Assembly: GCA_963848295.1 (NCBI GenBank)
Contig: CAWKDB010000010.1
Coordinates: 2,656,001-2,720,000, forward strand
Direction of reading: 5' to 3'
Length of the DNA: 64,000 nucleotides
Source: an uncultured delta proteobacterium
GTDB taxonomy: Bacteria; Myxococcota_A; Polyangia; Haliangiales; Haliangiaceae
Part shown: piece by piece, positions 10,534 through 19,701 of the stretch
Numbering within the stretch: position 1 is the first letter of the stretch
Layout: every line of letters starts with the position of its first letter
Translations under genes and position numbers: made by a program
The notes under the pieces: generated by a model
What the model was told of the DNA's origin: nothing
What the model saw: only the letters and a program-made list of their open reading frames with translations
Databases searched by the model: none

Positions 10534-11331
10534 CTACATCGTCGTCGCCGGGCACACGAGCGTGTTGTTGGCCGCGTTCTCGCAACAAGCGATCTGACCA
10601 TCCTGATACGGGTTGCACGGGTTCGGCGTCGGCAACGTGCCGGTCGCCGGACACGATCCGACGCTGCTGAACACGCAGCCTTGACCGGTGCAGACCGTGA
10701 CGGGGAAATCCCAAGGCGCCGCGTCGATCTCGTCGCCCGCAAGCGTGCCGTACACGACGACATGCGCGGAGACCAGCGCCGAAAACTCGTTGCTCAGATC
10801 AGTTGCGTCGAAGCCCGAAGGCAGGATCCCGGAGAGCACGTCCGGCGGGATGAGCGGAAAGCCGACATTGGCCGTGGCTCCCGGCATCAGCGATGCGCTG
10901 AACTCGACGGTGAACTGATCGAGGCCGGCCGGAATCGCGCTACCGGTCGCCGGCATGGTGACGCCACCGGTCATCGTCACCGGATCGAGGAGCGTGAGCG
11001 ATACGCGCGCGCCCTGGATGTCGATCGTCTTGGCCAGGGTGTCGCTGTTCGAGCCGGTCGCGCTGCCTTCGCCCGGAGTCATCACCTGCAGGCGACTCTG
11101 GAGCAGCGGAAACGCCAAGTAGCCCTGAGTCGAAAGCGCGTTGATCGTGCCAGCCACGGTGAAGGCCTGCGTCGGATCGCCGGTGAACGTACAACCACCG
11201 CTCGTGGGCGGAGCCGTGTCGTTGAGCACGACGAAGCCTTCGTCGCCGGAGGTGGCGAGACAGCCGGTGGCTGCTACTGCGACGAGGCCCGAGACCAGGC
11301 CTGATTTGAGGATAGATAAACAGTGGGACAT
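10534..11331 (-). CDS. Cys-rich hypothetical lipoprotein in the pil cluster
   Basis: Lipobox AATGC; Cys-rich C-terminus (CTGQGC..C..CNPYQD..CC..C). Confidence 0.8.
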   Translation of the reverse strand: MSHCLSILKSGLVSGLVAVAATGCLATSGDEGFVVLNDTAPPTSGGCTFTGDPTQAFTVAGTINALSTQGYLAFPLLQSRLQVMTPGEGSATGSNSDTLAKTIDIQGARVSLTLLDPVTMTGGVTMPATGSAIPAGLDQFTVEFSASLMPGATANVGFPLIPPDVLSGILPSGFDATDLSNEFSALVSAHVVVYGTLAGDEIDAAPWDFPVTVCTGQGCVFSSVGSCPATGTLPTPNPCNPYQDGQIACCENAANNTLVCPATTM

Positions 11332-11352
11332 AGGTCCTCCAGAAAAATCGTA

Positions 11353-12936
11353 TCAAGCGGCGAGCACTGCGCGCAAAATTCTTCGTAGCTCATCGACGGC
11401 GATCGCGACGGGCTCACACGAGCCCACCTCGCGCACCGCGATGAAGCGCACTGTAGGTCCGGTACGCTTCTTGTCGACGGCAAGCCGTGCCAACGCGTCG
11501 TCAGTTAGATATGCGCGCGGGTCCGAAGGCAGACCGGTGCAGTCGAGCGCGGCGGCCACCTCGCCGGCGAGCGCCAAGTCGCACAACCCCAGCGCCGCCG
11601 ACACGCGGCACGCGGCGACCAACCCGAGGCCAACTGCCTCGCCATGGTGGATGCCCGACGCGGCCTCGATCGCATGGCCGACCGTGTGGCCGAGGTTGAG
11701 CAGTGCGCGGTGACCGGTGAGCTCGTGCTCGTCGCGGCCGACGATCGCCGCCTTGTAGGCGATCGAGCGCTCGATCACGTCGCGCAGGATCGGCGGTGGC
11801 TCGCCGCCGTGGTTCGCCCACGGCGTGCACGCGTCGACCGCGCGCCACAGATCGCCGCCGTCGAGCAGCGCGTATTTCCACAGCTCGCCGAAGCCGGCGC
11901 GCCGCTCGCGGACCGGCAGCGTCGCCAGCGTTGCGAGGTTGCACCACACCAGGCGCGGCTGATGAAACGCGCCGACGAGGTTCTTGCCGGCGGGCAGGTC
12001 GAGCGCGGTCTTGCCACCGATCGCCGCATCGACCATCGCGACGAGCGTGGTCGGGAATTGAATCACGGGGATCCCGCGGAACAGGGTCGCCGCGACGAAG
12101 CCGACGAGATCGCCGACGACGCCACCGCCGAGCGCGAGCATCGTCGACGAGCGATCGAGCCCGAGCGCGACGAGCTCGCCGCACAGGTGCTCGTAGGCCG
12201 CGATCGACTTGCTCGCCTCGCCAGGCGCGATCGTCGTGGCATGCGTCGTGATCGTCGTGCCGGCGAACGTCGCGAGCAGCGCGTGCATGTGCGGATGCAC
12301 GATGTTGTCGTCGGCCACGAGGCCGGCGGACGTGTTGGCGGCGAGGATCGGGAGCTCGAATCCGTCCGCGAGGATGACCGGATAGCTGCGCTCGCCGAGC
12401 GCGACGATCGTCGCATCACGGTGATGAGACGGCAGCGCGGACCACACGCGCTCGACCGCGTGCACGTGCTGCACGATGTTGGCGATCGATCGGCCCGTCG
12501 TATCGACGACCGCGTGAGCACGGCGATAGCTCGGCGCTCGGCTCGCGGCGAGGCGCGCGGCGTTCGCGAGCAGCGGTCGCGGTGGGCCACCCTGGGCCTC
12601 GGCTCGCGCTTGGGCGTCTGCGACGTCGACGCCGAGCGCGACCACCAGCCCCGCCGCGCGCATCCGATCGAGGTTACCTCCGTGCGCCGCGCAGCCGCCG
12701 CCGGTCGCGATGATCGGCCCGTCCCCGGAGGCGGCGATCGCCTCGCGCAACACCTCGGCTTCGACCGCGCGAAACGCGTTCTCGTCGCTCTCGACCAGCG
12801 TCGCGACCGGCGTGCCGCGCTCCGCGATCACGTCATCGAGATCGATGAACCGGCGCTTGGTCCGAGCAGCGAGCGCGCGGCCGACCGAGGTCTTGCCCGC
12901 GGCCATGAAGCCGATGAGAAAGACAGGCGTGGCCAC
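11353..12936 (-). CDS. aroKB: Bifunctional shikimate kinase / 3-dehydroquinate synthase
   Basis: N-terminal GFMAAGKTS P-loop, DLD and ATGGG (AroK); GGGVVGD, PTTL..MVDAAIGGKT, LNLGHTVGHAIE and HGEAV (AroB). Confidence 0.93.
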   Translation of the reverse strand: MATPVFLIGFMAAGKTSVGRALAARTKRRFIDLDDVIAERGTPVATLVESDENAFRAVEAEVLREAIAASGDGPIIATGGGCAAHGGNLDRMRAAGLVVALGVDVADAQARAEAQGGPPRPLLANAARLAASRAPSYRRAHAVVDTTGRSIANIVQHVHAVERVWSALPSHHRDATIVALGERSYPVILADGFELPILAANTSAGLVADDNIVHPHMHALLATFAGTTITTHATTIAPGEASKSIAAYEHLCGELVALGLDRSSTMLALGGGVVGDLVGFVAATLFRGIPVIQFPTTLVAMVDAAIGGKTALDLPAGKNLVGAFHQPRLVWCNLATLATLPVRERRAGFGELWKYALLDGGDLWRAVDACTPWANHGGEPPPILRDVIERSIAYKAAIVGRDEHELTGHRALLNLGHTVGHAIEAASGIHHGEAVGLGLVAACRVSAALGLCDLALAGEVAAALDCTGLPSDPRAYLTDDALARLAVDKKRTGPTVRFIAVREVGSCEPVAIAVDELRRILRAVLAA

Positions 12937-12976
12937 AGCTCTAGTCTACGTCGACGTTGACCGGCGCGTCGTCGAG

Positions 12977-15900
12977 TTATTGCGTGCAGCGTAGCGCGGC
13001 GCGGTTCGTGATCTTCGGCGTCATGAACACGAGCAGCTCGCCGCGGTTGTCGGTCTCGGTCCGGCGCTTGAACAGCCAGCCCAGCACCGGCAGGTCGCCG
13101 AAGAACGGGATCTTCGAGTACTGCACGCCCGTGCTGCGCGTGTAGATACCGCCGAGCACCGAGGTCTCGCCATCGTGCACCAACATGCGCGTATGCGCTT
13201 CCTTGCGTTGGATCGTCGGGATGCCGTTCGCGCTCGTATGCGTGAAGTCAGGCTGGTTGTTCGTGACGTTGAGATCCATCGCGATCGTGCAGTCGCTCTG
13301 CGAGACGTACGGCTTGACCGTGAGGCTCAAGTCGGCCTGGACGAACTGCGTGTTCGTACCGGCCGCGGACACCACCGAGATCGGTACCGAGGTGCCTTGC
13401 GCGATCTTCGCCTCGCGACCGTTCAACACCGTGACCTTCGGCGCCGAGATGATGCGCACCGTGCCGTTGTCCTCGAGCGCAGACAAGCGCAGATTGATGT
13501 TGAAGTTGCCCGCGAGCGATCCGAGCGAGAAGCCGATCGCACCGCCGGCGCCGGAGCCGGTGGCCGCCGGCAGGTTGACCGCAAAATCCGACGGGCTCGC
13601 GACGCCGGCGCTGATCGTGTTCTGATCGACGTTGCCACCGGCGATGCCGATCGACGACGGGAACGTCAGGCCGGTGGCATTGCCGCCGCCCGCACCTGCG
13701 AGCGCGTTACCGCCCCACTGGATGCCGATGTCCCGCGTGAAGTTCGAGTCGGCCTCGACGATGCGCGCTTCGACCGTGATCTGCGGAGTCTGCGTGTCGA
13801 GCTGGAGCGCGAGCTGCGCGATCTGCTGCCGGTTGCCGGCCACGTCGTTGATGATCAGCGCGTTCGTGCGGTCGTCGACCTCGAGCTTGCCCTTCGGCGA
13901 CAGCATGCCGTCGAGCTTCGGCTTGAGCTCGCTCGCGGTCGCGTAGTTGAGGCGCAAGATCTCGGGGCGGGGCGACTCGGCCTTGATCGCGGCTTCGCGC
14001 CGAGCGGCCTCGGCCTCGTCTTCAGCATCGAGCTCCTTGCGCGGCGCGACCCGGAAGATGTTGCCTTCGCGGCGGTACCACAAGCCGTGCGACGACAGGA
14101 TCACGTCGAGCGCCTGGTCCCAAGGCACGTGCTTGAGGCTGACCGTGACCTTCGCGTCGACCGTCTCGGGCACGACGAGGCTGATGTGACCGACCGACGC
14201 GATCGTGCGCAGCAGATCGTGAATCGGCGCGTCCTTGAAATCGAGATCGACCGTGGCGCCGTGATAGATCCGGCGCCGCGCGTTCAGACCGTTCGGCGGC
14301 GGCACCTGCGAGACCGACTGCTGAGCGATCGGCGTCGACGCTGCACCGAAGCCGCTGACGATCGGCGGCGGCATCTCCTGCGTGCGCGGCCCGGGCGATT
14401 TCTTCGCGATCTGGCCGATGCCGGCGAACATCACGCGCGCACCCGCGCGGTCGCGCTCGATGGTCGGCGTGACCGGCGCGCCGAGCTCGGCGACGATGTG
14501 GACGAGACCGGGCTGTCGACGATCGTGGAACGACGACACGCTGCGCACGGGACCACCGAAGGCCGAGACGTCGAGCTTGCGCTCGAGCCTGGCGGCGAGA
14601 TCGGCACGATCGATCACGAGCTCGACGAACCTCGGCGTCACCTCGCCGAGCCTCACATCGGCGTCGCCGACGATCGCGAGCTGGACTTCGCCGCCGTCGG
14701 TGTTGGGGGTGAATCTGACGTCATTGATCTGCGCGTTCTTCGCGCTCGGCGCGGGCGCCGTCTTCGCGACCACGACCGGCGCTGCCGCGACCTTTGCGAT
14801 CGGAGCCGGTGCGGGCGTCGGCGCAAGTGCCCAGACCGGAGTCGCGGCGATCTGCTGCTGGACCGTCAACTTCTTGGCTTGGAGCAGAGCGAGCTCCTGC
14901 TCTTCATCCGTGCGCTTCTGGGCGAGCTGCGCGCGGCGGTTCTCTTCTCGATCCGCGGCGTCCTTCGCTTGCATCGCGACCGTCTCGAGCCGAGCGACCT
15001 CGGCTTGCTGCGACGTCACGGCCCTGCGGCGTTCGGCGAGCTCGGTCTCGGCGTGCTTGCGCTCGATCTCGATCTTTGCGGCCGCAGCGTTCGCCTTCGC
15101 GAGCTCGTCCTCGCCCGCTTTACGCGCCTTGACCGCGGCGACTTGCTCCTGCGCTCTCGCTTCGGCCTTCGCACGCTCTTCGACTGCGGTGGCGGCCTTC
15201 TCGGCGGCGGCGCGGCGATCCATCAGCTCGGCCAAGCTCGTCTCGGCGACGTGCTGCGCACCGAGCGCATCCTTCGCCGACTTCTCGGCGATCGCGCGCT
15301 GGTGCTCGGCGGCGTCCTTCGCGACCTGGGCGGCATGGGCCGCCTGCTCGGCGGCGACGCGCTGCGCCTCCGCAGCGAACCGCTGCTGTTCGGCCTGTCC
15401 GCGGCGTTGCGCCGCTTCGCTCGCGGCGACCTCGGCGAGACGTTGGCGCTTCGCGGCTTCGGTCGCCGCCGCCTCGGCTTCGCTGCGCTTGCGCGTGGCA
15501 TCGCTGGCCGCGGCTTCTGCTTCGCCGCGCTTGCGCACGGCGTCGGTCGCCGCCGCTTCGGCGGTCTGACGATCGTGATCGATCGACGACAGCGATACCC
15601 TCGACCGATCGAGCTGGTCCTTCGCCTTGTCCGCGGCGGTCTCGGCGGCAATGCGGTGGGCCTCGGCCTCTTGGGTCGCGCGCTCGGCCTGGGCGAGCCG
15701 CTGCTCGGCAGCCTTCGCCTCGGCGACGAGCCGGGCCCGTTCGGAGGCGGCTTGCGTCGTCGACTGGTCGCGCGCTTGTTGCGCGTGTTGCGCCGCCGCT
15801 TCGGCGGCGAGCCGCTCCTGAACGGCGCGATTCGCCTCGTTGCGCGCGTTCTCTTCGCGCGCCTGAGCCTCGGCGTTCGCGGTGCGCGCCTGATCTTCGA

Positions 15901-17224
15901 GAGCTTGGGCCGCCGCGGTCTTCTTCGCGAGTGCCGCGACCTGGTCCTTCGCACTCGCGACCATCTTCTCGGCATCCGCGCGCGTCGCGAGCGCTTCGCG
16001 CTTCTCCGCCTCGGCTTCGCGCTTATCGGCAGAGGCCGCCGCTCGCGCCGCATCGGCCTGAACCCGGATCGCGTCGGCGCTGCTCTTCTCGCGCGCCGCA
16101 TCGGCCTTCGCGGCATCGGCGTCGGCGTGCGCCTTCTGCGCCTCGTCGCGAGCCATCGCGACGTCCTCGCGCGCCTTCGCGATCTCGTTCGACATCTCGG
16201 TCTTGAGCTCCTGCGCCTCGCGGAGCGCGTGGGCGGTCTCGCTCTTCGCCTGCCGCAGCTGCGCATCCGCCGCGCGCTTCGCCTGCTCGGCTGCCGCGCG
16301 CGTTCGTTCGGCGTCCGCTTGCGCGGTCGCCGCCGCATCGTTGGCCTTCGCGACGTCGGCCTTCGCCTTCACCATATCGGAGCTCGCCCTCGCGGCTTCG
16401 GCCTTCGCGCGCGCGGCATCGTTCTGCGCGGTCATAGCGGCACTCCGAGCGGCGAGCGCGGCCACTTTGGCGCGCTCGAGATCGGCGATGGTCGCGACGT
16501 TCTTGCTCTGGAGTTGCTTGGCATCGTCGAGCGCGCGCTGGGCTGCCTCGGCACGCGCCGTCGCTCTCGCCGCCTGGTCTTGCGCCGCCGCGCTGACTCG
16601 CTCCGCTTGCGCGCGCGCCTGCTCGGCTTGGCTCTTCGCTTGCTCGGCCTGGCTCTTCGCTTGCTCGGCTTGCGTCTTCGCTTGCTCGGCCTGCGTCTTC
16701 GCTTGCTCGGCCGACGCGGCCTGCTTGCGCGCGGCTTCGAGCTCGGCCGGGTTCGCGGTTTTCGGCGCGGCGTCGCGCGCCACCACCGTCACGATCACCT
16801 CGTTGCCGTCGGTCTTGACGTCGTAGCGACCGGGCCGGGCGAGCGTCACGATCACCCGGACGACGTCGCCTCCGTCTTCGAGTTGCTGCGCCGCGATCGT
16901 GCTCACCGCCCAGGTGTTCGGACTCAACACCATCGAGCTGTCGTGGCCGCGTACGGCCTCGGCGAGTCGGGCTTGCGGCACGTCGATCACGACGCGCGTA
17001 GGTTTTTCGAGCTTGTAGACCGTGAACGTCGGAGTTTGCGCGCCGCGGACATGGACGCGAGTGGCGCCTCCGTCCTCGTCGAAGGTCACCCCGCGCACCT
17101 CGTTCTTGTCATCCCTCGTCAGGGACTTCCCGGGCGCATCCGCCCGAACGGGCGGAGCCGTCGCGGCGAGTGCGGCGGCGACGAACGCGACGAACCAGAT
17201 CTGTGGGCTACCCGTCGATGTCAT
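12977..17224 (-). CDS. pilQ: Type IVa pilus secretin PilQ with a long Ala-rich helical insertion
   Basis: Signal peptide; AMIN domain (YKLEKPTRVVIDV); ~630-aa helical insert; second AMIN-like domain; LDFKDAPI N0; VDDRTNALII; secretin end KIPFFGDLPVLGWLFK..ELLVFMTPKI. AGGAG RBS before ATG 17224. Confidence 0.93.
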   Translation of the reverse strand: MTSTGSPQIWFVAFVAAALAATAPPVRADAPGKSLTRDDKNEVRGVTFDEDGGATRVHVRGAQTPTFTVYKLEKPTRVVIDVPQARLAEAVRGHDSSMVLSPNTWAVSTIAAQQLEDGGDVVRVIVTLARPGRYDVKTDGNEVIVTVVARDAAPKTANPAELEAARKQAASAEQAKTQAEQAKTQAEQAKSQAEQAKSQAEQARAQAERVSAAAQDQAARATARAEAAQRALDDAKQLQSKNVATIADLERAKVAALAARSAAMTAQNDAARAKAEAARASSDMVKAKADVAKANDAAATAQADAERTRAAAEQAKRAADAQLRQAKSETAHALREAQELKTEMSNEIAKAREDVAMARDEAQKAHADADAAKADAAREKSSADAIRVQADAARAAASADKREAEAEKREALATRADAEKMVASAKDQVAALAKKTAAAQALEDQARTANAEAQAREENARNEANRAVQERLAAEAAAQHAQQARDQSTTQAASERARLVAEAKAAEQRLAQAERATQEAEAHRIAAETAADKAKDQLDRSRVSLSSIDHDRQTAEAAATDAVRKRGEAEAAASDATRKRSEAEAAATEAAKRQRLAEVAASEAAQRRGQAEQQRFAAEAQRVAAEQAAHAAQVAKDAAEHQRAIAEKSAKDALGAQHVAETSLAELMDRRAAAEKAATAVEERAKAEARAQEQVAAVKARKAGEDELAKANAAAAKIEIERKHAETELAERRRAVTSQQAEVARLETVAMQAKDAADREENRRAQLAQKRTDEEQELALLQAKKLTVQQQIAATPVWALAPTPAPAPIAKVAAAPVVVAKTAPAPSAKNAQINDVRFTPNTDGGEVQLAIVGDADVRLGEVTPRFVELVIDRADLAARLERKLDVSAFGGPVRSVSSFHDRRQPGLVHIVAELGAPVTPTIERDRAGARVMFAGIGQIAKKSPGPRTQEMPPPIVSGFGAASTPIAQQSVSQVPPPNGLNARRRIYHGATVDLDFKDAPIHDLLRTIASVGHISLVVPETVDAKVTVSLKHVPWDQALDVILSSHGLWYRREGNIFRVAPRKELDAEDEAEAARREAAIKAESPRPEILRLNYATASELKPKLDGMLSPKGKLEVDDRTNALIINDVAGNRQQIAQLALQLDTQTPQITVEARIVEADSNFTRDIGIQWGGNALAGAGGGNATGLTFPSSIGIAGGNVDQNTISAGVASPSDFAVNLPAATGSGAGGAIGFSLGSLAGNFNINLRLSALEDNGTVRIISAPKVTVLNGREAKIAQGTSVPISVVSAAGTNTQFVQADLSLTVKPYVSQSDCTIAMDLNVTNNQPDFTHTSANGIPTIQRKEAHTRMLVHDGETSVLGGIYTRSTGVQYSKIPFFGDLPVLGWLFKRRTETDNRGELLVFMTPKITNRAALRCTQ
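16607..16711 (-). repeat. Five tandem 21-bp repeats encoding heptads AEQAK(T/S)Q within pilQ
   Basis: Translates to AEQAKTQ AEQAKTQ AEQAKSQ AEQAKSQ AEQARAQ. Confidence 0.9.
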
Positions 17225-17302
17225 TGGCGACTCCTGTCGCGAGGTGGTCGACGGACGCGGCGTCGCGTAGGACGCAGCTTCCGCGATCGACCGCGCGGCT
17301 GG

Positions 17303-17341
17303 AAAAATTGTCACCCGGCGAGAGTCCGGATCACAACTTTT
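17303..17341 (-). terminator. Terminator-like hairpin between pilP and pilQ
   Basis: Minus strand AAAAGTTGTGATCCGG-actctcg-CCGGGTGACAATTTTT: imperfect stem followed by T5. Confidence 0.45.
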
Positions 17342-17347
17342 CGCTAC

Positions 17348-18208
17348 TCACGGTCTCCCGGTGCCTTGGCGGGCGGGCTCGGCTCGCCCCGGGGTCGTCG
17401 GCGTCACCGGCTGCATCGACCTCGGCGTCACGACCGGCGCGCTCGAGTCGGGAGGCGGCGTGTTACTCGTCGGCGTCTTGAGCCCGCCGGGGTAGAGCTC
17501 GACCGAGTGAACCTCGTCGGGGCGCGGCGCCGCGTTCGAGCTCGCGTTCGCATCGGGATGGACCTGGAACGTGACGTAGCCACCGGTATCGGCGTCGCCG
17601 GTGCCGATCTCGCGCACGACCGCCTTCTCTTTGCCGACGCAATCGCCGCGCTTGATCAGCTGGCCGTAGTTGCTCGGATCCATCATCAGGACCTGGCGCT
17701 GGGTGCCGCGCGAGACGATGCCGACCAACCGGAGGTCCTGATAGCTGTAGGTCGAAGCGACCATCTGTTCCTTGCTGCATTCTTTCGTGCGATCGATCGG
17801 CAAGGGCGTGCCGGCGCCGTTGGTCTCGCGTCCGGCTGGCACGAGCACGAACGACTCGAATGGATCGCGATTCAGCTCGGGCGCGAAGTCGCGCATCGTC
17901 AGCGTCTCGCGGATCGTGTCGCGCTCTTGGCATGGCTCGCAGTGGAACCCCGCGGTTGTCTGCAAGCAGTAACCGGTGTCGCACGTCGGTGCTTTCGGGT
18001 CGCACACCGGGCCGTCGATCTTGTCAGGGAGCGGACACTGCACGAGGTCTTCGACGTGGACGCGTTGCTCGAGCTTCTTCGCGTTCGGGTTCGCCGCCGC
18101 GGCGGCCGCGGCTGCGGGGTGCGCGCCCGGTGCGCCGGGCGGTGGAGCATCGTCGCCGCACGCGCCGACGGCGCCGAGCACGAGGAGCATGAGGCCGAAG
18201 GGCTTCAT
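17348..18208 (-). CDS. pilP: Pilus assembly lipoprotein PilP with a Cys-rich insert
   Basis: Lipobox GAVGAC; RDPFES; LRLVGIV..VLMMDPS..G..IKRGDCVGK. Lies between pilO and pilQ; start overlaps the pilO stop. Confidence 0.85.
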   Translation of the reverse strand: MKPFGLMLLVLGAVGACGDDAPPPGAPGAHPAAAAAAAANPNAKKLEQRVHVEDLVQCPLPDKIDGPVCDPKAPTCDTGYCLQTTAGFHCEPCQERDTIRETLTMRDFAPELNRDPFESFVLVPAGRETNGAGTPLPIDRTKECSKEQMVASTYSYQDLRLVGIVSRGTQRQVLMMDPSNYGQLIKRGDCVGKEKAVVREIGTGDADTGGYVTFQVHPDANASSNAAPRPDEVHSVELYPGGLKTPTSNTPPPDSSAPVVTPRSMQPVTPTTPGRAEPARQGTGRP

Positions 18209-19053
18209 CACAGGCTTCCCTTCGGCTTGCCCGAGCCATCGCCGGTCGGCGCGTTGCGAGTGCGAGCCTCGTCCTTTTGCATCGCGTTGTCGGCGGCGGC
18301 TTTGACCGCGGCCGGGGTCGCCGGCGTCGTGGTCGGCTGCGGCGGATTCGCGGGCATCGGCGCGGGCCTCGGCGCGGGCAGCGCAGGCGCGCCACCCGCA
18401 GGTGCGGCCCCCGCGGCACCCGGTTGACCGGGCGCAGGCGGCTTCTTCAGCTCCTGGCGGAACGTCGCGGCGGTGAACTTCGCGGTGAGCACGATCTCGC
18501 GGTTGCGCACGACCGGGTTCGACAGAGATAGATTTTCGATCGACACGATGCGATCGAGCTCTTCGGGCTGATCGGTTTTCGGCGCGGACTTGTCCCTCTT
18601 CTTCGGCAGGAGCGAAGCAAAGAACCGCTCGATCTGCATGTACGTGCCGGTCATCTCGATCTCGATCGGCACGCGCACGAACGATTCGACACTCGCGGGG
18701 GTGCCCTCCTTCCACTTCGTGACCTCGACGCCGGCCTCGGTGACCTTGCGGTTCAACGTCTCGAAGAACGCCGGTAGCTCGGCTTCGGTCGGCAGCGCCT
18801 TGTCGTTCGCGTTGATCTGGTCGCGCAGCTTCACGATGTCGCGCTTGATGTCCGCAAACTCCGGAATCTCGCGCTCGAGCTTCGCGTTGAGCGCGACCTT
18901 GGTGTCGTGCTCGCCCTTCGCCTCCGCGAGCTCGGCCTTGAGCGGCTTGTATCCGAACTGGAAATACACCAACCCGAGCAGGGCCGCGCCGACGACGAAC
19001 ACGAGCACCTTGCGCTCGGTCGGCAACCTGGCGAAGTCGGCCATGACCGCCAT
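18208..19053 (-). CDS. pilO: Type IVa pilus alignment protein PilO
   Basis: One TM helix, coiled coil, LPTEAELPAFF, VPIEIEMTGTY..RIVSIENL; operon position. Confidence 0.9.
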   Translation of the reverse strand: MAVMADFARLPTERKVLVFVVGAALLGLVYFQFGYKPLKAELAEAKGEHDTKVALNAKLEREIPEFADIKRDIVKLRDQINANDKALPTEAELPAFFETLNRKVTEAGVEVTKWKEGTPASVESFVRVPIEIEMTGTYMQIERFFASLLPKKRDKSAPKTDQPEELDRIVSIENLSLSNPVVRNREIVLTAKFTAATFRQELKKPPAPGQPGAAGAAPAGGAPALPAPRPAPMPANPPQPTTTPATPAAVKAAADNAMQKDEARTRNAPTGDGSGKPKGSL

Positions 19054-19700
19054 CAGTAGGCCACCTTTCCGGTGATCGTGAAGCGGTAGTAGTTGAGCCC
19101 GCTGTCCTTGTCGGTCGCGCGCTCTTCAGCCGACGGCGCGACATCGAGGAAGTACGCCGAGGCCGCGAGTCGTTTCGACAACTGGGTGACGTCGGACTCC
19201 GACTGCGCTCCGCCTTCGAGCGTCACCGAACCTTCCTTGTCGGTGAACGCGGTGATCCAGACGTGGCTCGGATCCCAGTCGGTCTGGAACTTCTTGTTCG
19301 AGTCGCCACCATCGCCGGTCAACCGCGTCATCAACTGCGTCATCGTCGGCCCCTTCGCGGTCAACACGCGGCCGAGCTCGTGCAGGATGTTCGCCGGCAC
19401 GACCATCGTGCCGTTGAGATGGTTGATCGCCTGGATCCGCTCGGCGGCCTCGTCCTTCGCCGCTTTCAGCGTGTCGTAGCCGACGAGCTGCTTGTTGTTC
19501 GACTGGATCGAACTATTCAGATCCTTGGTCGCGGCGCGGTAATCGGCGATGTCGTTCCGCTTCGGGCGATCGAACACCAGGTACACCACCGCAGCAGCGG
19601 CGATGACCGCGATCACGCCGACGAGGAAGTCTCGCGTTCCGGGCTCGGCCGCTTGCGGGCGCTTTGCTCGCTTTTGCGGGAGGAGGTTGATCTTGATCAT
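19053..19700 (-). CDS. pilN: Type IVa pilus alignment protein PilN
   Basis: MIKINLLP N-terminal PilM-binding motif, one TM helix, coiled coil. Confidence 0.93.
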   Translation of the reverse strand: MIKINLLPQKRAKRPQAAEPGTRDFLVGVIAVIAAAAVVYLVFDRPKRNDIADYRAATKDLNSSIQSNNKQLVGYDTLKAAKDEAAERIQAINHLNGTMVVPANILHELGRVLTAKGPTMTQLMTRLTGDGGDSNKKFQTDWDPSHVWITAFTDKEGSVTLEGGAQSESDVTQLSKRLAASAYFLDVAPSAEERATDKDSGLNYYRFTITGKVAY

Positions 19701-19701
19701 G

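Noticed and set aside
13175..18427. 1750-aa plus-strand ORF, and similar long antisense ORFs such as 29254-31260, 43860-45374 and 62252-64000
   Set aside because: Shadow frames opposite well-supported genes. High GC3 suppresses antisense stops, and the translations are Arg/Leu/Gly-rich with no motifs.
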